A model generated the notes under the pieces. That model was not told the DNA's origin. It made no database searches and worked only from the letters and a program-made list of their open reading frames with translations. Shown here piece by piece: positions 1 through 12,888 of a stretch of 64,000 nucleotides of DNA. How positions within the stretch are numbered: the stretch's first letter is position 1; each line of letters starts with the position of its first letter. This DNA comes from Phoronis australis (Eukaryota > Animalia > Phoronida), in assembly GCA_002633005.1 (NCBI GenBank), contig NMRA01000126.1, positions 78,979 through 142,978 on the forward strand, in the 5' to 3' direction. A program made the position numbers and the translations under genes.

Positions 1-1321
1 CTTATGTTTCCAAACTAGTTTTGCTAATTAACGAACTTGATAAATTCACTAACTTGGCATCTTTTGATATGTAAACAACGACTTATTACGTCCCACACGA
101 TTTCAAAGTACCTTAGTGTTCACAGCTTTACACGACGATATTAGGAACTAAGTGAAGCCCCTTGGTTATTTCTACCATCATTCTACGTAGCAAACTTAGT
201 TTTCAGTTTGAAGTAGTCAATATTCCGCTATTTTTGCTCAATATTATGTTTTGCTTAAGTAAGTCATTGCTGTACAGTGGCAGATCTACGATTTCAGTAA
301 GGGGGGGGGGTTTAGGATTCGAGAGAATCCGAGGCGCGTAGCGCCGAGGAGAAGGAAGGTCGCGAGAGGGTTTCCCTCCTCCCGTGTAAGATTTTTTGGG
401 ATTTTTAGTAGCTAATTTCGTTTTTCTGGCGATTTTTTCCAGTTCTTATTTTTGATCCTGTCCCGAGGGGGGGTTTAAACCCCCTGAACCCCCCCCTGTA
501 GATCCGCATCTGCACTGTATAGTGAAAGCCTGAACATAATAGTTCGCTTTCTAGGTTACTTATTTGTATTTAATGTATTTTGATTTATTTGTAACAATGA
601 AAAAATATTCCGCTATAGGATATGACTTCGTCGCGTGCCCCTTTAAGACCAGGCGGGCATGATGCTGGACTCTTAGACTGGAGTTTAGTCCCCTCATATT
701 AGAATTTCGGTTGCCTCCGTGAAGGTCTTAGCACGAGGGCCATGAACTTCAGTTTTGAACATCGTGTCAGGTGCGTAGGGCAGAGATTGGAGCTGGATCG
801 TGGTTCGGTACCGGAATTAAGAGGTCCGGTCATGAAATGGGTCCCATGTCCTGACCTTGAATTTAAATCGGATTCGCAGAAAGAACACAAGAATGTGCCG
901 ATACATCCATGTTTGATCACGAACGCATGTCTGTACACTTTGCTGTCAAACAAAATTTAATTGTGTCAAATTAAAGCCTTAAGCGCCATAAGGGCAATAA
1001 TGACCTCCAAAGAGCCCAGTTTATTCGCTATAATTGGTGTGTTTACTTGCATTCGAAGTTTTCTGTTTGTTTATCGCTAAGCATACTATCGAGTTACACC
1101 TTGCTATTTACTTGACTGGAAGAGGCCATATGACATTTGCAGTTAAATCAACCTTTTTGTTAAGTGGAGAAATGACAAAGGGACAAAAATCGTGTTGATT
1201 TTGAATGCCTTCAAGTGCTCGAAATACTTTCTTTCAACTAACTTTTAACAATGTCAATAATTTCTAAAAATCTCGAAGCACGTGTTGCAGTCTAATGGAA
1301 TTTACGTACTATAAAGCCCTA
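1..1321 (+). repeat. Near-identical direct duplicate of 2444-3525 (probably an uncollapsed haplotype or contig overlap at the N at 1322)
   Basis: 1-1321 aligns to 2444-3525 with scattered substitutions, small indels and one 243-bp insertion. Copy 1 stops exactly at the N (aaagcccta-n) while copy 2 continues (aaagccctatcg). Confidence 0.9.
275..517. mobile_element. MITE with CAGTG...CACTG ends and TA target-site duplication (Tc1/mariner-like ends)
   Basis: Absent from the duplicate copy (empty site gctg-TA-tagtg, TA at 2722-2723). Filled site reads gctg-TA-[cagtggcagatctac...gtagatccgcatctgcactg]-TA-tagtg. Confidence 0.85.
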
Positions 1322-4300
1322 NAGTTTGTACAATAATAAAGAACGCGCTGATTCATAACAACAAAGTAATATAGAGTAAATTTGTGTCTTGAGTACTGAG
1401 GGCTTGTATGCAAGAAAGTGTAGTTAGAAATAGATAGAATACATTAAGCTTTTAGTTTTGTGTATTGTGCTAACTAAATAGTTAGAAGTACATATACAAT
1501 TGGTGCATTATAATTCATCAAGTCTCTTTTCTTCTTTTCAATCCAAACGCCCCGTGTCACCGTCTTGCGGTTAACTGGTTGGGCGAGCAAAGAAACAACA
1601 TAGTAGACGACTTTCACAGTTAATATCGAGCGTATAAATTTTATGTAACCGAGCCCAGGACCGGTAACCGAGCCCAAGACAGCTGCACCATATTATCTAC
1701 ATGGGGTGGGTGATTAGAAAGCATCATCTTTTCAACATTTCTTTTCTGAGACCCGTTTTCGAGTGGACAAATAACCGCTCTAAACGGTGTCGTGGTGTGC
1801 AGTGATTTGCTGCAAAATGTTCGTGTATCGTTATTACATTCCAGAGTCTAGCGACTTTAACATCTAAAACTATGTTTTGAACTTAAATTTTATACTTTCA
1901 TTTCCTTAAAATCCGGAACCTCGAACCTCGACCACGGTTTCAATTCCATGGATAATATTCTCTCTGTCGAACATGGACGCCAGCTAACCTTCCAAGATCC
2001 GTGGATGGCTGTTTAATTCGATGTTCCAGCGATAATGTTCGCTGGAATCATCTCATAACTGAAGAGTAAATGTTCATGATTGAATTGACTCCATCGGAAC
2101 CTGGAACCTGGAATCACTATCTCTGTTACTGGATTTCAGAACTTGCAGTCTGTCGGATGTGTCAGTCTTGATTCACCATCAAACCGTCCACTGTTTTTGG
2201 TTTCGTTCTTGCACCGACGCTGATACGCCTAATGAGTGCCAACGGCGAAGAAAACCGATTCAATCTACAAAAGCAAAATCCAGTGTTGATGACACTGTTT
2301 TGTAAAATAAATATATAAACAAATTTTACTGGAAATGTTATGGAAAACATTTATCTAGATCTTATATTTTCGACTTCAAATTTACGTATAACAAACAAAA
2401 TGCTCACAATATCGCTCCTCCTCTACGCCACCAGAATGTAACACTTATGTTTCCAAACTAGTTTTGCTTATTAACGAACTTGATAAATTAATTCACTAAC
2501 TTGGCATCTTTTGATATGTAAACAACGACTTATTACGTCCCACACAATTTCAAAGTACGTTAGTGTTCACAGCTTTACACGACGATATTAGGAACTAAGT
2601 GAAGACCCTTGGTTATTTCTACCATCTGATTCTACGTAGCAAACTTAGTTTTCAGTTTGAAGTAGTCAATATTCCGCTAATTTTGCTCAATATTATGTTT
2701 TGATTAAGTAAGTCATTGCTGTATAGTGAAAGCCTGAACATAATGGTTCGCTACCTAGGTTACGTATTTGTATTTAATGTATTGTCATTTATTTGTAACA
2801 ATGAAAAAATATTCCGCTATCGGATATGACTTCGTCGCGTGCCCCTTTAAGACCAGGCGGGCATGATGCTGGACTCTTAGACTGGAGTTTAGTCTCCTCA
2901 TGTTAGAATTTCGGTTGCCTCTGTGAAGGTCTTGGCACGAGGGCCATGAACTTCAGTTTTGAACATCGTGTCAGGTGCGTAGGGCAGAGATTGGAGCTGG
3001 ATCGTGGTTCGGTACCGGAATTAAGAGGTCCGGTCATGAAATGGGTCCCATGTCCTGACCTTGAATTGAAATCGGATTCGCAGAAAGAACACAAGAATGT
3101 GCCGATACATCCATGTTTGACTACGAATGCAGGTCTGTACACTTTGCTGTCAAACAAAATTTAATTCTGTCAAATTAAAGCCTTAAGCGCTATAAGGGCA
3201 ATAATGACCTCCAAAGAGCCCAGTTTATTCGCTAAAATTGGTGTGTTTACTTGCATTCGAAGTTTTCTGTTTGTTTATCGCTAAGCATACTATCGAGTTA
3301 CACCTTGCTATTTACTTGACTGGAAGAGGCCATATGACATTTGCAGTTAAATCAACCTTTTTGTTAAGTGGAGAAATGACAAAGGGACAAAAATCGTGTT
3401 GATTTTGAATGCCTTCAAGTGCTCGAAATACTTTCTTTCAACTAACTTTTAACAATGTCAATAATTTCTAAAAATCTCAAAGCACGTGTTGCTGTCTGAT
3501 GGAATTTACGTACTATAAAGCCCTATCGAAAATCAGCCCTCGGAAGCGGGGAGGAGGAGTTTGTGTCTGCCGTTGCACGAAACAGTCCCAAATAGGGACT
3601 CTACTACGTTCCTTATATATTCTGTGCGTCTGTAGTTAGTTAAATGATAAGGTTCCTACTTATTTTAATTATCATTAAAAGAATCAAACGTGGAGATTCC
3701 TCAACTGAGAATTAGCTATTTGAAGGCACGACAGATGTCGTATCATAGCTCAGGTAAAAGCTTATAACAAGTCTCTCTCACCCAACAACAATCTCTCAAA
3801 ATGCGCCGTAAAACCGACAACATCCCTTTAAACAAAACTTAAAGATTTCTCGACAGGTGTGTCGATCACGTGACGTAAACGTAACCGTTCAAGAATTTAC
3901 TTAGTGTCTTTGATTGATATTGATCCGGACTTTGTTTTGATTTTTGGTATCATATTACAACCACAGGTGCTAACGAGGTAAACTTTATGTATAATAATGC
4001 ACCCAAGACAACAGAATAGCTGTCAATGTGACCGAAAGAAATATAATGTACTCGTAAATCGCTCGAGAAACAGTAAATTAAAGGAGCCGACCCTCATATC
4101 CGAAGAAATGACAATTTCCGTTTGATTACATCCATTCATTCTGTTTGACAAAATCAAAAGAATGCACAGCTCAACGATCATCGAAGTGAAAAACGAATTC
4201 ATTTGTAAACGATATCCGGTTGTTTTATTTAATAATTTCAAAAGAAAGTTGTTTTGCGTTTGAAAAGTTGCATTAATTTTAAAAAGTGAGTTTTCTATCT

Positions 4301-5005
4301 AATTTTGTTATCGTTGCTCTGCTGTATTTATAATTAGAATGGCGACAAGCGCCATTTCTTTAAAATATAGGTCCAAAAGAAAATATATGTCATACGGGCT
4401 ACCTGCTTGTTGTAATGTAAATATCTTCTCTATATAATTTGGGTTGCAACTTCCCTCTCATGGCATTACTTCTTTTTAGATAATCAGATAAAGTAAAGCG
4501 TGAAATATACAGTATAATACAATATATTATACCACAATATTAGCCTCGAATGGCAGAAAAATAAGACACATAATTTCCATAAAAATGATATCTTAATTCA
4601 GTGAAATTTTTCTTTCATGTCCTCTCACTTGTAAATCACCGATCTCCAGTTTGAATGCGGGTATCGTGTCGTCAGGATCTTTGACTTGAGAATTATATTC
4701 AGTTACCAGTGGTAACCTACTTTAGCAGACGATAATTTCCCGGTCGAAGCTTAGCGTGAAAAAACGTGTTTTAAGCTACAATAGTTGGTAAACCTTCATT
4801 TATAAATTTAATTTATTTCTATTATATTTAAGTTTTCAATTGGTTTTGAGTAAAAGCATTATTTGACAAAAATAGCTCGGCTTTTCTTAAAAGGTCACGA
4901 CCTCCGACCTCAGGCCTCTGACATAGAAAGTAGTTACAAAGCCGTGGAGAGTCAGAAAAGGTAAATCGATTCATTGCAATGTTTCTCGTTTAGTAGGTGG
5001 TATAA

Positions 5006-5170
5006 ATAGATTATTACATGTTCTCAACCGTTATCCGACTTATCTAGAGCCCTCGTGGATTTTGGAGAATTATCACCCTCGGGGCTAACGCCCCTCGGGC
5101 AATAATTCTCCAAAATCCACTCGGGGCTCTAGATAACGGGGGATAACGACTTCGCCGTGTAATAATCTAT
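5006..5170. mobile_element. 165-bp palindromic MITE-like hairpin
   Basis: Ends atagattattaca / tgtaataatctat. Inner arms ttatctagagccctcgtggattttggagaattat / ataattctccaaaatccactcggggctctagataa. Confidence 0.85.
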
Positions 5171-7400
5171 ATGTATAATATAATATAATATAATATAATA
5201 AAGGATATTATAATATATAAAATAAACATCCAATTTCAATTCTATCGCCCTTGATGGGACACATGTGTGAATACATTTTTTTTCCTACGCAATTTATATC
5301 AGACCTCATCCGATAGCTGGCACTGCTAACAAGACTACCTGAAGATCACAGCAGTCACGCTGGTTGGTTGATTGAAAATGACAAAACTCCAACGACTTCA
5401 ACAAATTTAGCAAGTTGGGAGGTTTATAGTAAAATAACACTCGTCAGCTTTTATTGATGCCAATTAATCTATCGAAGCTCTTCACCCCAACGAACTCCAG
5501 GAGTAAAAACGTTGACAGTACCTCTTGGGTGTTGTAAGCCAGTCGTTGTCGCGCCGGGACTCGCTGTCAGAACAAAGCTGCCATGTCCCTCATGGTCAGG
5601 AGCGATGACCTTCAACTCAATCGAAAAGCACTTGAGCTTAGAGGCAAGATACTGTAGTTTGGTCAACCGTGAAGTGTCCATGATGTCAGGCATTTAGCCC
5701 ATTATTCAGTGCTATCTTGCAGCAGACCAATGAGGTAGCTCACTGATCAGACTAAGGATCTTCCAGTGCACGCTTAGAGGAAATAACTGGTGTCATTTGC
5801 AGCAACCGAAAAGTGTGTCATTTGTCACTAGGACTCGGAATAAGATCTACACCAGTGGATCTGTCGATTTCGACTGGATGTTCGCTGACAGTTAACTTGG
5901 CTCACTTACCAACAGAGGACGCCATATTAGAGCTGGTAACTCGCCAAGTACAAAAGGTTTGAGATTTAGTTAATGCTCTCTTGGTGGTGGGTTAATCACT
6001 TCGAAGAGACACAAGAAAGTCATTTATGCCAACTATAACGCGACTACTGCCAATTTCTACCCTAATGTTTGCCGAGAGACACAATTTCAAAAGCCCAAGG
6101 GCTTGAAATAACTCCACCCTATTTCCTGTTCTCGCCGGTCGGATCCACTTACGTTAGTTGATTAATTCATCTGCGAGGAAAGTAACTCAGCTTTTAGGGT
6201 AGGAGACTAGGTAGCTGTTTTAATAAGACAAACACGTGAATTCTACGTAAAACGGTTGACGAGTCAAATTCCCGTTCACTTCACCTGCAGCGCCATGGGT
6301 GTAAATATTCAGATTTCTGTCGAGAAAAAATATATAATTTTGCAGATATTTGGCTAAATGTACAGTTTTGTCGATAAGGTCACATATATATCCTTAAACG
6401 AACGCAAGAGTGCACCTTTGGGCTACTCCCCGGCAGATTCATAGCATCAAAAAATCTATTTATTTGCGAAAAGTCATTGAGAATTCCCGTCTGGGATCAG
6501 AATGTGGGTGTGTTGGATTATATGCAACAACACGAAAGATGAAGCCTAAGACATTTGTTTTCCACAGAATTGGGAAACAGGTGCTTATTTACCCACATTC
6601 ACCATATCTAAAATCGTTCCGCGACTAGAACGAAAACTTGCTTGACAACAAAATTGCCGTGCTAATGAAAAGTCACCAGCCACGCGCGGTTGGAAAAACA
6701 CGAACTTTTCCAAAGCAAAGTTGATGGAGACTTATAAGATTTACCTAATCAAGTAATCGCCGTCACACCAGCTTTTCAACACGTTTCCTACAAGCTACGG
6801 GATATTGTCAATCAGCGAATGAACGAAAGAAATACAATACTTAGGTGTTACGGATATAATCACCACACGCGAAGAAAATTTATGATGCTATTGGAATATT
6901 GAAGAAAGTTTTGCGCCAGTGAAACACATTTTGCTGTCCATAATTGGTTGATAGCTCCAACTGTGCTTGATAAGTAATTTCATGAAATTACGACAATTGA
7001 TGACCAAGACCGAAATGGAGTGGACAAGATAAGATTTCTACATGACACACTAAATAATTAGACTTTTTCTTTTGCTCATTTCGAACAATTAGTGAATTTT
7101 CTCAGGTGGAAGATAACATTTTAATCCAAATATTAGCACAAATTTTTGTATTATTGTAACACTGACTTTCAAAAGTTTGACTAGAAACGTTGCGTGCAAA
7201 ATTCCGTTGTTGAAATCTATTTATTTCGAACGAAATTCATGCCGTATTAAATTAGCTCTATTTGTGTTTCATCTAAAGTCTGGCGCACATATAAATCATT
7301 CGATGGGGAGACGTTTTCGTCAAGTTGGTTTCCCCGCATCGAATAATGAACTCCGACATTCTTAATTCCGGTGACGTTTATAACAAAAAGCTCCCTATAA

Positions 7401-8402
7401 CTGTGTCCAGACAGGGCACTTAAACTAGCGCAAGTTGCGCCTGGAACAACATCCGCCCGATCAACCGCGTGTCTAATTAACAATCACACAGTTGGTGTTA
7501 AAAAAGTGAAGCAGGGGGCAATCACTTAGCGCTTGTCATTCTAGCACCGTTAGTACCGGCTACACAACTGCAAAATGGCGGGAGTTCAAGAAAACAGTAC
7601 AACGGTTTGCGATATTTTCGGTAATTTTGTTTTATTTATTGCATTTAGCAATGAAAACGAAAGCAAAAAGGAATTTGGTGTGAGGGTTGTAAATGGTACG
7701 AAAAGCAATGATTCATCACTCGAATAAACTCAATTGCGCAAGCGCGTAGCTAATAATTACTCCTGCCTTGCCCCAGTTTGCTGTCCACATGGGCCCTTGA
7801 AGTGGGGCAAGTTTATCACTGGGCTTAAGTTGCATTACCTCCGGCTTGTCGAAGATGTGGGGTTAAAGATACTATGTCTCATTAAAATGTGAATATGCAA
7901 ATGAAGTACTGGTTTACAAACAACCCCGGGTCTTCCGATGTGCCAGAAACCATGCGAGAACCAGTTACCATTCCAATCTCGCGAGAAGTCTCATTTTCCT
8001 ACAATATTTTTATGTAAATGAGTATGGTAATATTTTATCGTTACCCTAATAAAAAAGGCACAGTTTTTTATCATTTGTTCATTCCACTATCAAATAACGT
8101 TTGCGTAGTATTGGAATTAGTAGAGTTTTCTAAGTGTTTTTCAGTGTATCAGTTGTGGTGTTTTCTTTAAAAGCGCAATTTATTTACAATTTGTTTCTTT
8201 TCTTGATTATACTGGTACACACAGTTCTCTAGGAAGTCATAAATTTTAATACTCAGGATTTTAATGAGTTACAGCATCTTTAATTGTCACACTCGTGTCA
8301 AGTTGCACTAGTTTAACTTTTGTCCACACGGTCAATTAAACTAGAGCACGTCTGTTGCACCTAGGGCGACTTGCGCTACTTTAAGTGCCCATTTTGACAC
8401 AG
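7401..8402. mobile_element. ~1-kb non-autonomous DNA transposon with terminal inverted repeats (PIF/Harbinger-like)
   Basis: Left ctgtgtccagacagggcacttaaactagcgcaagt matches the reverse complement of the right end, ctgtgtcaaaatgggcacttaaagtagcgcaagt. TAA/TTA-like flanks. Superfamily is inferred. Confidence 0.6.
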
Positions 8403-8530
8403 CTTATTCCAGCGAAAAAAGGCGCTTAGGACGTAAGCACACGTAACGAAACGCATCAGCTGTTGTAGTCGAATGTTTCAACAACGCAAAGTCCCTGGAT
8501 ATTATTGATCCCACTGTGGCCGGTTACATA

Positions 8531-8925
8531 CAGTCCCAAATAGGGACTCAACTAAGGTCCCTAAGTCTTTTTGCGTATTTGTGTCTTTATGGACTCACAT
8601 ATGCAATATTTTTCTATCATTTCATCCTTATTATGAGCTTCTCTTTGATCAATGGCATATTCTAATCATTGAACTAAAAACTGAGCCCAGAGTTCATTGA
8701 AAATAAATAGGAACTCAATCCTTAAATTGGGGGTGTTGCATGAAAAGATTCCTAAAGATTTTCGATAATATTGACAATTCAACGTCCACTCTCGACTGGT
8801 ATCAGAGTCAAAACTTGACTTAGTAATGAAACTAAAACAATCCAAGAAAAGGCAATCGATGTTTTCACAAGTCCAAAAATACGCAGTAGATTTAGGGAAC
8901 TTAGTTGAGTCCCTATTTGGGACTG
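8531..8925. mobile_element. ~395-bp MITE with ~35-bp TIRs; a related end lies at ~3572-3630
   Basis: cagtcccaaatagggactcaactaag at 8531 and its reverse complement cttagttgagtccctatttgggactg ending at 8925. The same motif recurs at 3584. Confidence 0.75.
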
Positions 8926-10164
8926 TTTCCTGCAACCGGGCACTGGAGTCAAAAGAACTCCGGGAAGTTTTCTTGCGGAAGTTTAAACTGATGTAAAATT
9001 TTAAAAAGAAATAAAGCTGAAAAATAGTATTGCGTTTAATTTCATTTTTATCATTACCTAATATGGAAAATACTAAAGATAAGATTGATGGAACTTTGGG
9101 AAAAGGCAGCAACTGCGCTCTTATTTTTCTTATGCCAGACTTCATGTTTACTACGGGAACAGAAAAATTTCCAAACAACGCGAGGCAAGCCATATTGAAT
9201 TTACATTCAAAAATCGACGCAAATCTTAGCAGAAAGCAAATGGTAGACAAATGTAGAATTACTTCACTGACGAGAACAATTAAGGCAACGCTTCACGTTT
9301 ACGCATGCAAGACGTGTTGGACTGTTGGCTCACATAGTAAATGGGAATTCATTTCCTTGGGTAAAATTCCCAAAAAAAACCCGAAGTGCGGCGACAAATT
9401 ATTTTACACATAATTTACAAACTACTTGAGTTGACCATCCCCATTTACAATGTCCACTTGAAATCGCGTCACAGGTAAAGAGTAATGCAAAGCACAATAG
9501 GTAAACCACGGGTACCAAACCCCTTATGACGACCGTGACGACGGGCGCATACTTGTGTTCAATTATACAGTATAAATTCTTCAGTGTACATGTTTTCGAC
9601 TAGTTACACCCTCGTTGTAGCTTAATTGAGTACGCATGTCAAACCGGCAAATATTTGTAGGTTTGGCTAATACCTGTCACACACAGACAATGAATAAAGA
9701 CGATTGAAACACCCGCTACGTTTACGGCAGTAATTTATTGGTAAATGAGTTTTAATTAAAAGTGTATTGTACGTGGCAACTACGCCAATCAAAAACTAAT
9801 GAAATCAATTAAGGACAAAAGCGGGCACCTACTCGATTATTTTGCTATCAGCGGTACCGACTTGATCCCGTGGAGAAGGCTATTTGAGTCTCTTACTAGA
9901 CCGACTCAAGGGTTTGAAGAAAAGTTTGAATCAGGTGGTCCGCGAAACCACAACTGAGGGCAATCACTGTGTATGCAATATTGAAGGTCTTACAAGAATA
10001 TCTATTGTATATTGTGAGGGGCCATCAAAGTAAAACGTATTCTTACCAATGGAATTTAGTAAATATATAGTCTTTTCTTTAATTTTCATGGTGTGATCAT
10101 TGCACTGATCACGTGGAACAGAGCTGAGGAGCTAGAGACCTGACTCTAGGGTTTCAGTATAGCA

Positions 10165-10238
10165 ATGTGCCCCAGTGGGACTCGAACCCACGACTTTCTG
10201 TAAAGGTTGCGGACACTATAGGCCACAGTGCCAGCTCC
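10165..10238 (-). mobile_element. tRNA-derived SINE head (Pol III A/B boxes)
   Basis: Minus strand reads ggagctggcactgtggcc...aaagtcgtgGGTTCGAGTCCcactgggg. Clear B box and T-arm, but no complete cloverleaf. Confidence 0.55.
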
Positions 10239-12888
10239 TTTTCTGATGTGTTTACTCGTGTGGCAGAACTTTTGTCGCTGCGATGGCATTAAACACGTGA
10301 GAACTGCACTTTTTATATTTTATTGTTAAAATTGAAATGAGGACCAAGACCTATGATAACACTTGCTTTCCATGAGGATTCTAGTTTCCTTTATTTCAGC
10401 CAAAACATAGAATCGTAGAATATGTAGATGAAACTAATGAACAGTCGTGATAGTGAAAGGGAACTGAAAAATCTTTCACGACTCTTAGGAATCAGCTCAG
10501 TTTTATCATGGTCGGCCAACTCTTTTAACACTCTTTTCACACAATACCTTTGAATGGGCAGCTTGAGCCTGACCAGTTGGCTTGAGTGTGATACGAAAGG
10601 CTCGAGCCATATTTTGTACGTCTAAGTAACCCGATTTATAATTTGCGTTTTATACCTTTTAAATACGGACAAACATCTTAGGATGATTCAAGACATACAC
10701 ACGAAAATTCTCCCAGATTCCATTTGGCAGTTCAGGGGTGCAAATGTCTGACGGGCAAAATCTTGGCTAATACTCTGCCCTGGCCAAACTCAAAAGCCTG
10801 GATCCGCTTCCTGTTACGAACACCAAGACTACCTCGGACTTCACACTTAATTTTCAAAATGCCCTAATGTGTTCAAAAAGACCGTTTTAGTTTGGAAACA
10901 ATTAAGGGGTGGGGGGAGGAGAAGGGGCAATTACCTGAACCTAGTGGTTAACCTACAGAGATACCATTTTCAAATAACAAGCCATCTCTATTAAGATTAT
11001 GTAATAAACCAAGTAAAACAGTAAGTTACAAATATATTAGTAACAGGTGTTTATCCAGTTATTCTGGAATCAACAAAATTCTTCCTCTTGGTTACACATT
11101 CCCTAGAAACAATGCTCGGCTTGGTGACTTCTACCATGATGATAAATCCTATTCAAAGGTCAATAAAGGTTAAGCACAAAGCAAGTTGGAATAATCATTA
11201 GGAATGTCACCAACAGATCGTCACCATGTTGCATTAGTCCAAAAGTCACACAGGTACTTATCCAGCTCATAAATCAGAATTCAAGCCCCAAAAACTATTT
11301 AGTTATTGCTTAAGTCACTATTAAAAGCGACTATGGAACATAATGATTTAACAGAATTCCGCTTTATTATCTCATAGTAGCCCTAGCTTCCCTAAAAGAC
11401 CAATCTTATTACAAGGCATAATTTATTTCACCACATTCAATCCTCCTGACTATATTAAAAGATAAATTACATAAAGAGCCCTGGCTGTTATTACAAGGAA
11501 AATGATATTTTGACAAAAAACTTCCTTTAGTTGCATAGTAACAGGAGACACATGTAGCAAGAAAATTTTAAATTAACCCATTTCAGCTACAACCGCAACA
11601 TACAATAAGGCAGACACCTTCAACCTCAACCCTGTCAACAATAGCATATGTACAGCAGTGCCATCTATCTGTCACTGAGGAAACAATCAACAGCTATGCA
11701 GAAGCAAGTTTCTAAACTGAGCTATGCTTGTTTTTGAATGAAAAAATATAAATCACTGTCTCAACACTAAAAGGCTTCCATGCATCTATACCAAAATAGA
11801 TGTAATTAAGGAATAAACTGAATGAGACTTTAATTAACATGAGACAACTTGTGGCACAGCAGTTAGATCTTAAGTTGTCTAAGTTATTCTACGCCTTTAC
11901 AGCATCGACAGTCTTTTGTCATAAGACTGCAGAGTTGACGATGAAAAACGTTTCCAAAAGAAGCTGAAAAATGCTTTGACAGAATTACTAGGACAATTAG
12001 GAAACAGGTGGTCCTTATGCTTTCATGTTAAATAATAATTTTAGGTAACAAAATTTCTTTTCTTAATATATATAATCACAAATCATAATACACATCAAGT
12101 TTTTTTGCCTTTTGGTCAGTAGGATAAGTTATGAAAGAAAACAATTCGTGCACATTTAGACCCTGTCCATAAAAAACTGAATTTCACATGCAGAAACTTT
12201 CAACAATAGTTCCAAACTAGGTCACTTGCAATTATACCAGTGGGCTGCAAAAAGGGAAATATCCCAGACAATACTCTGAGTGAATTGGACCATACATCTT
12301 TTGACCTACAGTGATCACTGACACAGAGAACAGAGTGAACACACTTGTGCATACATGAACTAGGCACCAATAATAGAAAGCAAACACAACTTCAGCAAAT
12401 GACAAACGTAATCAGACAATATACCATTTACCACCATGACAGCTAAATCTGCCAACAGCAAAAATGACAAGTAATAGCCATTTTGGTGGCAAATTACAGA
12501 CTACCTAACTTTCCCTCAATTCCTGGCCACAAGGGAAGACAACTCTGATGATGAACTCCACATCCGCCCAGTCACCATGATGGGAATTCTGGGTCATTTT
12601 GTCTGAATACTTTTGGGGTGTACTCTACAGGTGCCCATAGATACAGCTCAGTAGCAGCCTTCAATAAGTACATGTAAGTATAGTGATTCTCACAGAATAA
12701 CCAAGTGGACAAGCCGGTACCTAACACCAGAGTATTATTACAATTCACCTTTCTAATATGTTATTTACTCCATCCACTGCTGTTCTGCCTGGCAATGGTT
12801 GTTCAAACTGCATATTTCTATTTCTTAGTAAGTACCATCCTTGGTCACAGTTTAACCACTTCAACAGCTAGTAACAACTATGGTGACT

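Noticed and set aside
699-960. Overlapping 72-aa and 84-aa ORFs conserved at 2903-3164
   Set aside because: Conservation only reflects the near-identical duplication; no recognisable domain.
7576-7620. aaaATGGCG... short exon-like segment with a GTAATT donor
   Set aside because: Inside a TIR element with no downstream exons found; likely a transposon remnant.
8666-9413. 194-aa and 127-aa ORFs
   Set aside because: The longer ORF overlaps a MITE; both have low-information composition, no motif and no splice support.
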